Origin: Clostridia bacterium
GTDB taxonomy: Bacteria > Bacillota > Clostridia > Oscillospirales > CAG-272
NCBI GenBank assembly: GCA_900767415.1
Contig: CAAFYZ010000031.1
Location: 22,082 to 86,081 of the forward strand
DNA: 64,000 bases
Direction of reading: 5' to 3'
Made by a program: the position numbers and the translations under genes. Within the stretch, counting starts at the first letter, position 1, and each line of letters starts with the position of its first letter. Positions 55,280-64,000 of this stretch are shown piece after piece. The notes below the pieces were generated by a model, which was not told where the DNA came from, did not search any database, and saw only the letters and a program-made list of their open reading frames with translations.

Positions 55280-58060
55280 ATGATATCGAATTTCCGTATT
55301 GAATTTTCCCGTCCGTGGTTTCTTCTTCTTTTGATCCCGGCGCTGTTCGTTACCCTGTTCCCCTATTTCCGTCTGGCGAAAAAATTCCGCCGAAACCGCA
55401 ACCGCGTGATCTCCACCGTGACACACGCCGTTGCCATGACCCTCTGTATCACGCTGATCGCGGGCATTACCTTCTCTTACGACGTGCCGAACCGCGAGAA
55501 CGAACTTCTCGTCCTCGTCGACCTCTCGGACAGCAGTAAAGAGAAGGAGGAGGCGAAGGGTGAGTTTCTTCAGTCGGTCGTGAACGCCTGCGACAAAAAC
55601 ACGAAGGTCGGCATCGTTTCTTTCGGTACCGACACGGTGTACGCAGCCCCCCTTTCGTACGACTCCCGCGAGGTGTACCGTCAGTATCTTGCGGCAAAAC
55701 GCCCGGATACGAGTGCGACGGACATCGCCTCGGCGATTGATTTTGCCTCTTCGCAGTTTGAAAATCCGAAGTCGGCGAAGATCCTGCTTCTCTCCGACGG
55801 CATCGAGACGGACGGCACCGCGCTGTCCGCCGTGAAGATCGCCGCCGCGAAGGGCATCAAGGTCGACGTCGCACAGTTTTCCAAAGAACAACACAGCGAA
55901 ATGCAAATCATAGGTGTCAAAATGCCCGAAGATAAGGTCATCGTCGGTCAGGAAGTAAAGATTACTCTGACGGTCGAGACCAATCTGAAGGAAGAGACCG
56001 AAGTGCAGGTTTCGCTGAGTGACAAGGGCTTTTCGAGCGGTTCTGTCCGCGTCAAACTGAAAGGCGGCGTGGAGAGTTTTGAAGTTGCACACACCTTCCA
56101 GTCCGCCGGTATGCACGATATGATTTTCTCGCTCGATCCGATCGGCGATGTCGATACCGTCGGCGAGAACAACGTCTATCATTCCTACTTCAACATCCCC
56201 GTCTTCGACAACGTTCTGATTCTCGAGAACGTTCCGGGAGAGGCGGACACCCTTGCCGCTCTGCTCGGAGAGGATCGCGGCAACGTCAAGGTCGTGAACA
56301 TCCATTCCGAGTCGGAACTCGTTCCGAAGAGCGCGAGAGAACTTTCGGCGTACGAAGAGGTCGTGCTCGTCAATATGGCGAACTCGGATCTCACGGGCAT
56401 CGATATGCCTCCGAACTTTGTGGAAGCCCTCTACGATTACGTTTACCACCTCGGCGGCGGACTTTTCACCGTCGGCGGTAAGAACGACCTCGGACCCGAC
56501 GGTCTGACGCAGATTCCGCACGCATACAACCGCGCGGACATCGCCGACTCTCTCTTTTCTCAGATGCTCCCCGTCGATGTGATCGACTACACCCCGCCCA
56601 CCGCCGTGATGATCGTCGTCGACGCCTCCGGCTCCATGAGTGAGGGAAGATACGAGGCGGCTCTGCGGGCGGCACGCGAGATTGCCGGTGCTCTGACGGC
56701 GCGCGACTATTGCGGCGTCATGACGTTCAGCGATACCACCAAGGAAGAGATCGACGTCATCCCCGTTGCCCAGCGGGAGAGGATCTATCAGACCATCGAC
56801 GCGCTGAAACAGGTCGGCGGAGGCGGCGGAACCGTCTTCCGCGGTGCCATCAACGCGGCGGGCGGCGCGCTTGCGCCCCTTCCGGTCGAGCGGCGGCACA
56901 TCGTCTTAATCACCGACGGTAATCCTTCCGACCATCTGGAAGAAGAGTCGGCGAGCGACGAGAACGCGTTCGGCAAATACATCGACTACAACTATAATAT
57001 CAGAAACATCACCATGTCGGTTTTCACCGTCGGAAGAACTTCGAGTCTCGAAGCGATGCAGAAGACGGCGGAGCGCGGACACGGAACGCTCTATGACGTT
57101 CCGCTCGGTGAGCTCGACAAGATCACGACCTACGCGAGACAGGATCTCGCCGCGGCGCAGATCGCCGAACTGAACGAAGGGCTGAAAGCCACGCCGAAGA
57201 TCAAGGATCAGACTTCCGTCCTCGTCGGCATCGACTCCACGATGAAGATTCCGTATCTTTCGGGTTACTACGGCACGAAGCTGAAAGAGGGAGCCAAAGC
57301 CCCGCTCTTTTACGAGTATGTGCCGATCTATGCCGAATGGAATTTCGGCGCCGGCAGAGTCGGCAGTTTCCTCTCGGATCTCGGCGGCGCGTGGTCGCAG
57401 GAGTTCGTCACGGACGAGGTCGGTATCCGACTGATCAAGAACATTTCGGAGAGTCTTGCACCTTCTGAAGAGATTGAGCCGGATCGGCTGCAGATCACCG
57501 TCAAAGAGGAAAAAGACAATTATACCTACCGTCTGAATGTCTATACCTCTCTCGGAGAGGGAGAGAAGATCGTCCTGAAAGTAAAGCCGGAGTCGGCCGC
57601 CGCCGCCGCCGCATACTTTGACGGTGTCCCGGTGACACCGCTCGGCGACAACGTCGGCTTTACCTTCCGTCTCACCGTCGGCGGCGTATACCGCGTCACG
57701 GTGGAAAAGCAGGATGCCGAAGGCAATGTGACGGCGTCCCGCTCCCTTCTCGAAACCTTCTCGTATTCGGAAGAATATCTTGAATTTCTGCCGGAAGAGC
57801 AGGGGACGAAGTTCCTTGCCTCCCTTGCCGAAGACGGGAACGGAGAAGTGCAGACCGACCCCGTCGGCGTGTATGCCGGATTCGCGAAGGTATATGCGGT
57901 CGTGACCGACCCCCGCCTTGTCTTCCTGATTCTCGCCATTCTCTGCGTTCTGGCAGACGTCGCGGTGCGGAAGTTCAAGTTCAAGTGGATTCACGAGATC
58001 GTAAGAGACAGAAAACGCGAAAAAGAAATGACCAAAGAAAACGGGACAACCGAGAATTGA
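55280..58060 (+). CDS. BatA_N-type membrane protein with two VWA domains flanking a GATase1-like (DUF1355-like) domain, and a C-terminal TM anchor
   Basis: FSRPWFLLLLIPALFV, MIDAS 1 LVLVDLSDSS, a central VLILENVPGE...LGGGLFTVGG, MIDAS 2 IVVDASGSMSEG, and C-terminal LVFLILAILCVLADVAV. Confidence 0.9.
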   Translation: MISNFRIEFSRPWFLLLLIPALFVTLFPYFRLAKKFRRNRNRVISTVTHAVAMTLCITLIAGITFSYDVPNRENELLVLVDLSDSSKEKEEAKGEFLQSVVNACDKNTKVGIVSFGTDTVYAAPLSYDSREVYRQYLAAKRPDTSATDIASAIDFASSQFENPKSAKILLLSDGIETDGTALSAVKIAAAKGIKVDVAQFSKEQHSEMQIIGVKMPEDKVIVGQEVKITLTVETNLKEETEVQVSLSDKGFSSGSVRVKLKGGVESFEVAHTFQSAGMHDMIFSLDPIGDVDTVGENNVYHSYFNIPVFDNVLILENVPGEADTLAALLGEDRGNVKVVNIHSESELVPKSARELSAYEEVVLVNMANSDLTGIDMPPNFVEALYDYVYHLGGGLFTVGGKNDLGPDGLTQIPHAYNRADIADSLFSQMLPVDVIDYTPPTAVMIVVDASGSMSEGRYEAALRAAREIAGALTARDYCGVMTFSDTTKEEIDVIPVAQRERIYQTIDALKQVGGGGGTVFRGAINAAGGALAPLPVERRHIVLITDGNPSDHLEEESASDENAFGKYIDYNYNIRNITMSVFTVGRTSSLEAMQKTAERGHGTLYDVPLGELDKITTYARQDLAAAQIAELNEGLKATPKIKDQTSVLVGIDSTMKIPYLSGYYGTKLKEGAKAPLFYEYVPIYAEWNFGAGRVGSFLSDLGGAWSQEFVTDEVGIRLIKNISESLAPSEEIEPDRLQITVKEEKDNYTYRLNVYTSLGEGEKIVLKVKPESAAAAAAYFDGVPVTPLGDNVGFTFRLTVGGVYRVTVEKQDAEGNVTASRSLLETFSYSEEYLEFLPEEQGTKFLASLAEDGNGEVQTDPVGVYAGFAKVYAVVTDPRLVFLILAILCVLADVAVRKFKFKWIHEIVRDRKREKEMTKENGTTEN

Positions 58061-58083
58061 CCCGGAAAGGAAGGAAATAACCT

Positions 58084-60918
58084 ATGAAACGCATATCGTG
58101 CCTGCTGCTTCTGTGTCTCACCGTAGGCATGCTTTTCCTCCTTGCGGGTTGCGGCGGCGAGTCGCTCGCGACGCCGAAGGGCGTCGCGGTCGACGGGGTA
58201 AAGCTCACGCTCGACTGGCGGGCGGTGAAGAATGCCGCATATTACACCGTGGAGATTACTTCCGCGGAAGGGACGGAGGAAAAAGACTCCGGAAAAAATA
58301 CCTATTCTCTCGAGCACCTCAAAGAAGGCGACTACACCCTGCGGGTGAAGGCGATCGTCAGCGGTGCCGACGAAGAACATAAAAATTCCGCATGGTCGGA
58401 ATCCGTCTCCTTTACCAGAGAGCACGAGACGGGAATGACCTTCGCTCTGATCGACGGCGGAAAGGCGTTCGCAGTCAGCGGACTCGGTACGGCGGAAGGG
58501 GAGATTACCGTCCCCGACACCTACCGCGGACTTCCCGTGACGGCGGTTGCCGACAGGGCATTCTATAATAAGAGCGCTCTGACGCGCGTTACCCTCGGAG
58601 ACAACATCACCTCCATCGGCAAACAGGCGTTTGCCAACTGCTCCTACCTTGTCGGCGTCAATCTGCCGAAGAACCTTACCGTGATCGGCACGCAGGCGTT
58701 CCAGAGCTGTCGCGTTCTGGAGTCGGCGGTCGACATCCCGGGGAAAGTGACCGAGATCGGCGCGCAGGCGTTTGAATACTGTCGCAAGATCCCCTCGGTT
58801 ACCTTCGGCGACGGCGTTGCCGTGATCGGAGAGGGCGCGTTCGGCGGGTGCGAAGCCCTGACGACCCTCACCCTTCCCGATACCGTGAAGAGCATCGGGG
58901 AAAGTTCCTTCTCCCGCTGTACCTCCCTGCGGAGCGTCACGGTCGGAGACGGGATCTCTCTTCTTCCGAAAGACGCTTTCCGTTCCTCCGACGCACTGGT
59001 TGCCGTAACGCTCGGCACCTCGGTGAGCGAGATCGGAGCGTATGCGTTTGCCGACTGCGCCGCACTCGCCGAGATCTCCCTGCCCGACAGCGTGAAGACG
59101 ATCGGGTCGTATGCGTTCTCGGGCTGTGCGGCACTGACGGGATTTGCCCGTGTCGGTACCTCTCTTTCCTCCATCGGGCGCGATGCGTTCAAGGACAGCG
59201 GATTCTTCGCCGATGCGTCGGCGGACGCCGTGTATGTCGGCGCGTGGTTCGTCGGTTGTAAGAGCGGAGATATGCAGAAGAATTCCGTGAAGGACGGTAC
59301 GGTCGGCATTGCCGATTACGCGCTTGCCGGGTGTGAAAAATTCGGCGACGCGCTGATTCTTCCGGACAGCGTGAAATACATCGGAGAAGGTGCCTTCTCC
59401 TCTTCTAAAAAACTCAACGTTGCCGTCATCGGTAGCGGTGCCGTAACGCTCGGTGCGCGTGCGTTCGAAGACTGCACGGCACTGACGCGCGTTATTCTCG
59501 GTTCGTACCGCACGGGCGATTCCGCCGGGATCGACAAGAGCAGTCTCGTATCCGTCGGCGATTATGCCTTCCGCAAGTGTGCGAACCTCGCGTCCGTCGA
59601 GATTCCGCAGACGGTGGAGAGAATCGGCGTCTTCGCCTTCCACGATACCAAGATGTACACCTCGGCAGACCGTGATGTCTACGCGGGAAAATGGTATGTC
59701 GAATGCAAGACGGAATACGCCTACGGGACGGTTGCCGTCGCCGAAGGGACGGTCGGTATCGCCGATTACGCCTTCTACCGTTGCAAGTCGATCACCTCGG
59801 TGAAGATCCCCGACAGCGTGAAGACGATCGGGCGCGCCGCGTTCTATCAGTGCTATACACTCTCCCGTGTGACGCTCCCCGCGACGCTCTCCGAGATCAA
59901 GGACTATACCTTCTATCTTTGCGAAGAGCTGATCCTCCCCGAACTTCCTCTGACGCTCACCCGCATCGGACGCAGTGCTTTCTATAAATGTCAGCTGACG
60001 GTGTCGAACGCCCCCGAGGGAGAGAGACGCCTCATCATTCCCGACGGCGTGACCGAGATCGGTGATTACGCATTCTATTACTGTACCTTTACTTACGATG
60101 ACCGCACGACCGGGGAAAAGGTCCCGGGCGGCATCACCTCTCTGGTTCTCGGCGACGGCGTCATCCGCGTCGGTGCACAGGCATTTGCCGGGATCGGGAC
60201 GCTGAAGAGCGTGACCTTCGGTGCTTCGGTGCAGACCGTGGAAGAAAAGGCGTTCTATAAATGCACGTCGCTTCGGACGCTCGAAATGAACGAAGGACTC
60301 CGCATCGTCGGTACCCGTGCCTTCGCCCGTTGCGAGGCACTGGAGAGCATCGCTCTCCCCGCCACCCTGACCGATGTCGGCCCGTATGCCTTCTATCGTT
60401 GCAAGGGCGTGAAGAGCATTTCCCTCGGCGGTACCGTCCGCGTCGGCGACTCGGCGTTCCTCGGACTTTCCGCAGTGACGGAACTGAAGATTCCCGCCAC
60501 GCTGAACACGATCGGAAAACAGGCGTTCCGCGGCATGACTTCGCTGAAATACGTTTATTTGCCAACAACAGTTGACAATATCGGCGCACACGCCTTCTAC
60601 GGTTGTGCGAATCTTACGCTTTATGTTGCGGCAGAGGCAGATCCCGCGGGATATGACGCCCGCTGGAACTCTTCCTATCGTCCCGTCGTATATTCCACCG
60701 AGGTGGACGACGCCGGCAACGTCCGCTCCTTCGTTACGGCGGAGGGCGGTGTTACCAACCTGAACGGTGCGACCGCCTTCTCCGCTCCCGAGCGGGAAGG
60801 GTGTGCCTTCGTAGGATTTTCGGCAGGACCGTACGGCGCGCCGGAATACACCGTCGCGACGCTTGCCGAGGTTCCTGCCGGCACCCGCCTCTATGTCGTT
60901 TATACGCAGGAAAACTAA
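58084..60918 (+). CDS. BspA-type LRR lipoprotein (944 aa), paralogous in architecture to the 2659-aa protein
   Basis: MKRISCLLLLCLTVGMLFLLAGC with lipobox LAGC. It has one ...DWRAVKNAAYYTVEI... module, a long LRR_5-type array (PD.V..IG..AF..C..L) and a C-terminal Flg_new-like FSAPEREGCAFVGFS...TRLYVVY. Confidence 0.9.
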   Translation: MKRISCLLLLCLTVGMLFLLAGCGGESLATPKGVAVDGVKLTLDWRAVKNAAYYTVEITSAEGTEEKDSGKNTYSLEHLKEGDYTLRVKAIVSGADEEHKNSAWSESVSFTREHETGMTFALIDGGKAFAVSGLGTAEGEITVPDTYRGLPVTAVADRAFYNKSALTRVTLGDNITSIGKQAFANCSYLVGVNLPKNLTVIGTQAFQSCRVLESAVDIPGKVTEIGAQAFEYCRKIPSVTFGDGVAVIGEGAFGGCEALTTLTLPDTVKSIGESSFSRCTSLRSVTVGDGISLLPKDAFRSSDALVAVTLGTSVSEIGAYAFADCAALAEISLPDSVKTIGSYAFSGCAALTGFARVGTSLSSIGRDAFKDSGFFADASADAVYVGAWFVGCKSGDMQKNSVKDGTVGIADYALAGCEKFGDALILPDSVKYIGEGAFSSSKKLNVAVIGSGAVTLGARAFEDCTALTRVILGSYRTGDSAGIDKSSLVSVGDYAFRKCANLASVEIPQTVERIGVFAFHDTKMYTSADRDVYAGKWYVECKTEYAYGTVAVAEGTVGIADYAFYRCKSITSVKIPDSVKTIGRAAFYQCYTLSRVTLPATLSEIKDYTFYLCEELILPELPLTLTRIGRSAFYKCQLTVSNAPEGERRLIIPDGVTEIGDYAFYYCTFTYDDRTTGEKVPGGITSLVLGDGVIRVGAQAFAGIGTLKSVTFGASVQTVEEKAFYKCTSLRTLEMNEGLRIVGTRAFARCEALESIALPATLTDVGPYAFYRCKGVKSISLGGTVRVGDSAFLGLSAVTELKIPATLNTIGKQAFRGMTSLKYVYLPTTVDNIGAHAFYGCANLTLYVAAEADPAGYDARWNSSYRPVVYSTEVDDAGNVRSFVTAEGGVTNLNGATAFSAPEREGCAFVGFSAGPYGAPEYTVATLAEVPAGTRLYVVYTQEN

Positions 60919-60994
60919 GAAAATCAACAGGGATCGGACCGCTACGATCCGATTCTCCGAAATTTATTCTTTCCATAAAAGAAAGGAATCCCGT

Positions 60995-63900
60995 ATGATG
61001 AAAAAACTCACCGCCCTTGCGGCAACCCTCCTTCTGACCCTCGGCGTGCTTCTTCTTTGCACCTCCTGCGGGTCGGTGAAGGACCTTTCCGTGGATAAGG
61101 AGCATTTGCCGCAGACCGTATTCGTCGAGGGAAGCGACCTCGATCTGTCGGCGGGACAGCTCTTTGCCGACGATAAGACGGTTTCTTTTTCTGATCCCGA
61201 CGTTTCGGTGACCGGATATGACAAGAATACCGCCGGAAAGCAGACTCTGACCATCTCTTATAAGGGGAAGGAAACGACGCTTGACGTTACCGTGGTACCC
61301 CGTTTTGAGACGGCGGAGAAGTATCTCTATTTTGTCGGTGAGACCATCGACGCGATCGGCGTCCGCCTGCGCGTGACGCGGGACGACGGAACGAACTTTT
61401 CGGTTGCCGTCGGGGACGAGGGCGTTACCGTTACCGGCTTTACCACCGAGCAGGCAAACGACAATCTGATGCTGAACATCACCTGCCGCAAGGACAGCAC
61501 GGAGTATACCGGCAAGTTTTCGGTTATCGTCGCGGATCCCGCCGTCACGTTCAAAAAGCCGAGAAAGACCGCCTACGGCAGTCATGAATCCACGCTCGAC
61601 GTGACCGGTGCCACCCTCACGCTGAAGAACGCAGACGGCAAGACCACCCGGTATATTTCGTCGGATGCGATGACCTTCGAAGGGTACGATCCCGCCGCCG
61701 CGACGGCAGCGAACCCCACGGCGACCGAGACGGTAAGAGTCATGTGGCACGGGCGCGAGATGGCGACCTTCGACGTTACCGTCACATACAGCGACGTCTC
61801 CCGCGTCAAGGATGCGGCGAAGACCCTTTCCGCGATCGACTGGTCGCATTATGAGGCCCCCGAAGAGGGAACGGGAAAAATGTACCTTCCGGCGAGCGTT
61901 ACCGACGAAGACGGAAAACTCGCGATGAGTGCCCTCGAACTTTACTATTCGCTGAAAGTCAAAGACGCGGATTACGTTCTCCCCGCAGAACTGGATTCCA
62001 TTGCGCGTCTTGCGATGATCTACGGGTATAACGAGTTTTACGCCGCCATCAAGCGTGCGTACGGCGACGTCTTCACGCTGGCACTCGAGAACGGAGCGGT
62101 CTACCTCACATACACCTGCACGACCATCGACAGCGCCCGCGCGGGACTTGCAAAACTCACGGCGGCGGAAGACGAGGATACCAAACTGATTTTCCGCTAC
62201 GGCAATCTTCTCAAAAACGAGAAACTGACCGAAAAATGCGGTGAGACGATCATTTATAACGGTGCCGAAGTCGGAGGACAGAAGGTCGATCTTGCCGTCG
62301 GACACATGATGACCGTCATCTACGACTCTTCCTTCTTCCTGAAAATCGAAAACGTGCTCGCCAAGATGATCGAGATCCCCGCGCTTCTCACGGTTCCCGC
62401 CGATTGGACGGCAGACAACCTTGCGGGCTATGCGGAGGCGATCGACGCGGTCTATAAGAAATTCGTCGAGATCAGTCAAAGCGATGCGACCGACGGCGGC
62501 ATCTACGAGATCGTCAACAGTTGGCGCGAAGGAAAAGACATCTTCGAGATTCTCTACCGCTATTACTACGGCGTCGGCAAGAGCACCGACAGCGACGCTG
62601 CCATGGCGGCTCTGAAAAAAATGAATACGATGATCGACCTGTATCTTCCGGGTCCGCTGGAAGAGCTTCGGTTCACGGTGCTTGCCGCCTCCCTTGTCCA
62701 GAAATATATGGAATCGGCGGCACAGCAGGCGCAGTACGGCGAGTTCCCCTCTCTGATGGAGAGCACGATCTTCTTCTCCTACTATCAGAACATGGCGGAG
62801 CAGATCAAGACGTTGCTGGAAGGCAAAGACGAGATGTATCTCTTCCTCTATCAGGAAGTGTTCGCCGCATCGGTTCTCTCTCTTCAGGTCGGCTCTTACG
62901 GTTATTATACCCTGCAGGGCACGTCCGCGTTCGATCAGAATTGTCTCGCGATTCTGAAAGAGTATCTTTCCGTCTGGGATGTCTATACCGACAACCCCGC
63001 GTATGCCGACAGTGCCGAGTTTTCGACCCGAGTGGACGCGATGTTCCGTGCCTTTGTCGCCCTGCGTCCGAATCAGCAGAAAAACGTTCTTGCGACCATC
63101 AACTATCTCTACGGTTCTCTTGATTTCATGGCACTCTTCCCGTCGGAAGAGGGACTGTATTCTCAGTTTGCGTCCTTCATTTACGCGAACTATGTCAGCG
63201 CCCTCGGCATCGATCTGACGAAAGACGAAAATCCCGCCTACGACCTCTTCTGCGACCTGATGGGCGCGCTCGAGTGCTATGCGAACGGATTTTACAGCAA
63301 CTTCGGCGCATTTATGAGTGACGCCGCCACCGTCTTTGCGGGACTTCCCGCAGAGCAGCAGACGCTCTTTGAAGAAAAACTCGGATTCCTCTATACCGAC
63401 CTGAAGGGCAAATTCGCGAACTTTACGAAGAAGACCGAAGGCGAAGGGGAAGACGCGAAGACCGTCTATGAGTTCAACGCCGTGACCCTGAGCGAGGAAT
63501 GGCAGAAAGTGTTCGACGCCATGACAGGCGAGTTTAGCCGTCTCACGATCGCGGAATCTTATATCGACGGTATCGTGGCACAGCTGACCGGAAAATCGAC
63601 GCCGATGTATCTTGCGTACATCGCCTCCTTTGAGAGAATCCGCGTATGGGAAGACAAGATCCTTAACGAAGGCGACGAGCAGGTTCTCTTCTATTATTAC
63701 AATCAGGTAACGAAAGACGGCGACTTCCCCTATTACAAGTCGGTTTACGATGCGAGAGGCAATTACGAGAGATATCTCTTCATGCTCGGCGTAGAGAAGA
63801 CGACGTATGAGTCCTACACCGACCTTCGCACCTTCCTCCGCGACTATGCCGATTACTTCTGGACGGTCGGGCAGTACATGGGTCTGATGGATCCTCTTGC

Positions 63901-64000
63901 CTCCACCTCTCCCTTCGATATGAAGGCAGCGTCGCTGAAAGCCATGTTTGCCGCTTTCCGCGCACTCTCTGCCGAAGAAAAGTATGCAATGCTCGGCATC
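60995..64000 (+). CDS. Large lipoprotein with N-terminal Ig-like domains and a long helical-looking uncharacterised region; runs off the right edge
   Basis: Missing from the ORF track because it has no stop in the window. ATG at 60995 follows GAAAGGAA. MMKKLTALAATLLLTLGVLLLCTSCGS is a signal peptide with a Cys. Big-like segments (GKQTLTISYKGKETTLDVTV) are followed by an aromatic/Ala/Leu-rich sequence. No listed plus ORF shares this frame after 60995. Confidence 0.8.
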   Translation, partial: MMKKLTALAATLLLTLGVLLLCTSCGSVKDLSVDKEHLPQTVFVEGSDLDLSAGQLFADDKTVSFSDPDVSVTGYDKNTAGKQTLTISYKGKETTLDVTVVPRFETAEKYLYFVGETIDAIGVRLRVTRDDGTNFSVAVGDEGVTVTGFTTEQANDNLMLNITCRKDSTEYTGKFSVIVADPAVTFKKPRKTAYGSHESTLDVTGATLTLKNADGKTTRYISSDAMTFEGYDPAAATAANPTATETVRVMWHGREMATFDVTVTYSDVSRVKDAAKTLSAIDWSHYEAPEEGTGKMYLPASVTDEDGKLAMSALELYYSLKVKDADYVLPAELDSIARLAMIYGYNEFYAAIKRAYGDVFTLALENGAVYLTYTCTTIDSARAGLAKLTAAEDEDTKLIFRYGNLLKNEKLTEKCGETIIYNGAEVGGQKVDLAVGHMMTVIYDSSFFLKIENVLAKMIEIPALLTVPADWTADNLAGYAEAIDAVYKKFVEISQSDATDGGIYEIVNSWREGKDIFEILYRYYYGVGKSTDSDAAMAALKKMNTMIDLYLPGPLEELRFTVLAASLVQKYMESAAQQAQYGEFPSLMESTIFFSYYQNMAEQIKTLLEGKDEMYLFLYQEVFAASVLSLQVGSYGYYTLQGTSAFDQNCLAILKEYLSVWDVYTDNPAYADSAEFSTRVDAMFRAFVALRPNQQKNVLATINYLYGSLDFMALFPSEEGLYSQFASFIYANYVSALGIDLTKDENPAYDLFCDLMGALECYANGFYSNFGAFMSDAATVFAGLPAEQQTLFEEKLGFLYTDLKGKFANFTKKTEGEGEDAKTVYEFNAVTLSEEWQKVFDAMTGEFSRLTIAESYIDGIVAQLTGKSTPMYLAYIASFERIRVWEDKILNEGDEQVLFYYYNQVTKDGDFPYYKSVYDARGNYERYLFMLGVEKTTYESYTDLRTFLRDYADYFWTVGQYMGLMDPLASTSPFDMKAASLKAMFAAFRALSAEEKYAMLGI

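Noticed and set aside
11023-62479. Other long antisense ORFs: 11023-13428, 13477-14718, 15754-16968, 17088-18578, 19387-21030, 21445-23130, 26237-27913, 28637-29587, 29864-31009, 31112-32371, 32703-34964, 36082-36684, 37278-38246, 38646-39653, 39535-40725, 51277-52416, 53819-54751, 54935-56899, 56906-57994, 57991-60927 and 60752-62479.
   Set aside because: Each lies opposite a gene with clear family motifs, and the ones I checked are codon-in-phase with it. All have Arg/Gly/Val/Asp-rich composition, no RBS and no motifs.

Overview
GC-rich segment with strong GC3 codon bias from an anaerobic, endospore-forming Firmicute (Clostridia-like). Markers are spoVFA/spoVFB, nrdD, feoAB and a Fur-family regulator next to rubrerythrin. 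I call 37 protein genes and one tRNA-Val(GAC), plus sigma-A-type promoters, operator-like palindromes, terminators and two repeat features. I saw no rRNA, CRISPR array, transposase, integrase or phage genes.

Bases 1 to about 40.8 kb are mostly housekeeping and metabolism:
- a fused MacB-like ABC transporter and feoAB;
- nrdD, a tRNA-dihydrouridine synthase and an RluA-family pseudouridine synthase;
- a GlpA-like FAD oxidoreductase trio;
- an ABC exporter with a DUF1854 partner, and dipicolinate synthase;
- a MarR regulator with an acyl-CoA ligase;
- an M16C peptidase, an SPFH protein with a small RHH protein, a Fur-family regulator with rubrerythrin, a lipid kinase, and a stand-alone GMP-synthase ATP-PPase domain.

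Very large secreted enzymes are interspersed: an edge-truncated esterase-like protein of more than 1680 aa and a roughly 1100-aa CE4 deacetylase-like protein.

Bases 41.5-64 kb are a single-orientation surface-protein locus:
- a long AT-rich non-coding region and a strong promoter with a 260-nt leader;
- a 2659-aa BspA-type leucine-rich-repeat (LRR) lipoprotein;
- a duplicated, structured 300-nt leader;
- a tightly packed seven-gene unit: a membrane protein with a Listeria/Bacteroides-type repeat, a MoxR AAA+ ATPase, DUF58, two BatA_N/VWA membrane proteins, a 944-aa LRR lipoprotein, and an edge-truncated lipoprotein of more than 1000 aa.

This physical coupling of a Bat-like MoxR/DUF58/VWA module to LRR lipoproteins is the most interesting candidate system in the window.

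Two real genes run off the window edges (1-5048 minus, 60995-64000 plus) and are missing from the ORF track. Most of the longest ORFs in the track are in-phase antisense shadows of real genes. All family assignments rest on motif recognition by eye, not database searches.
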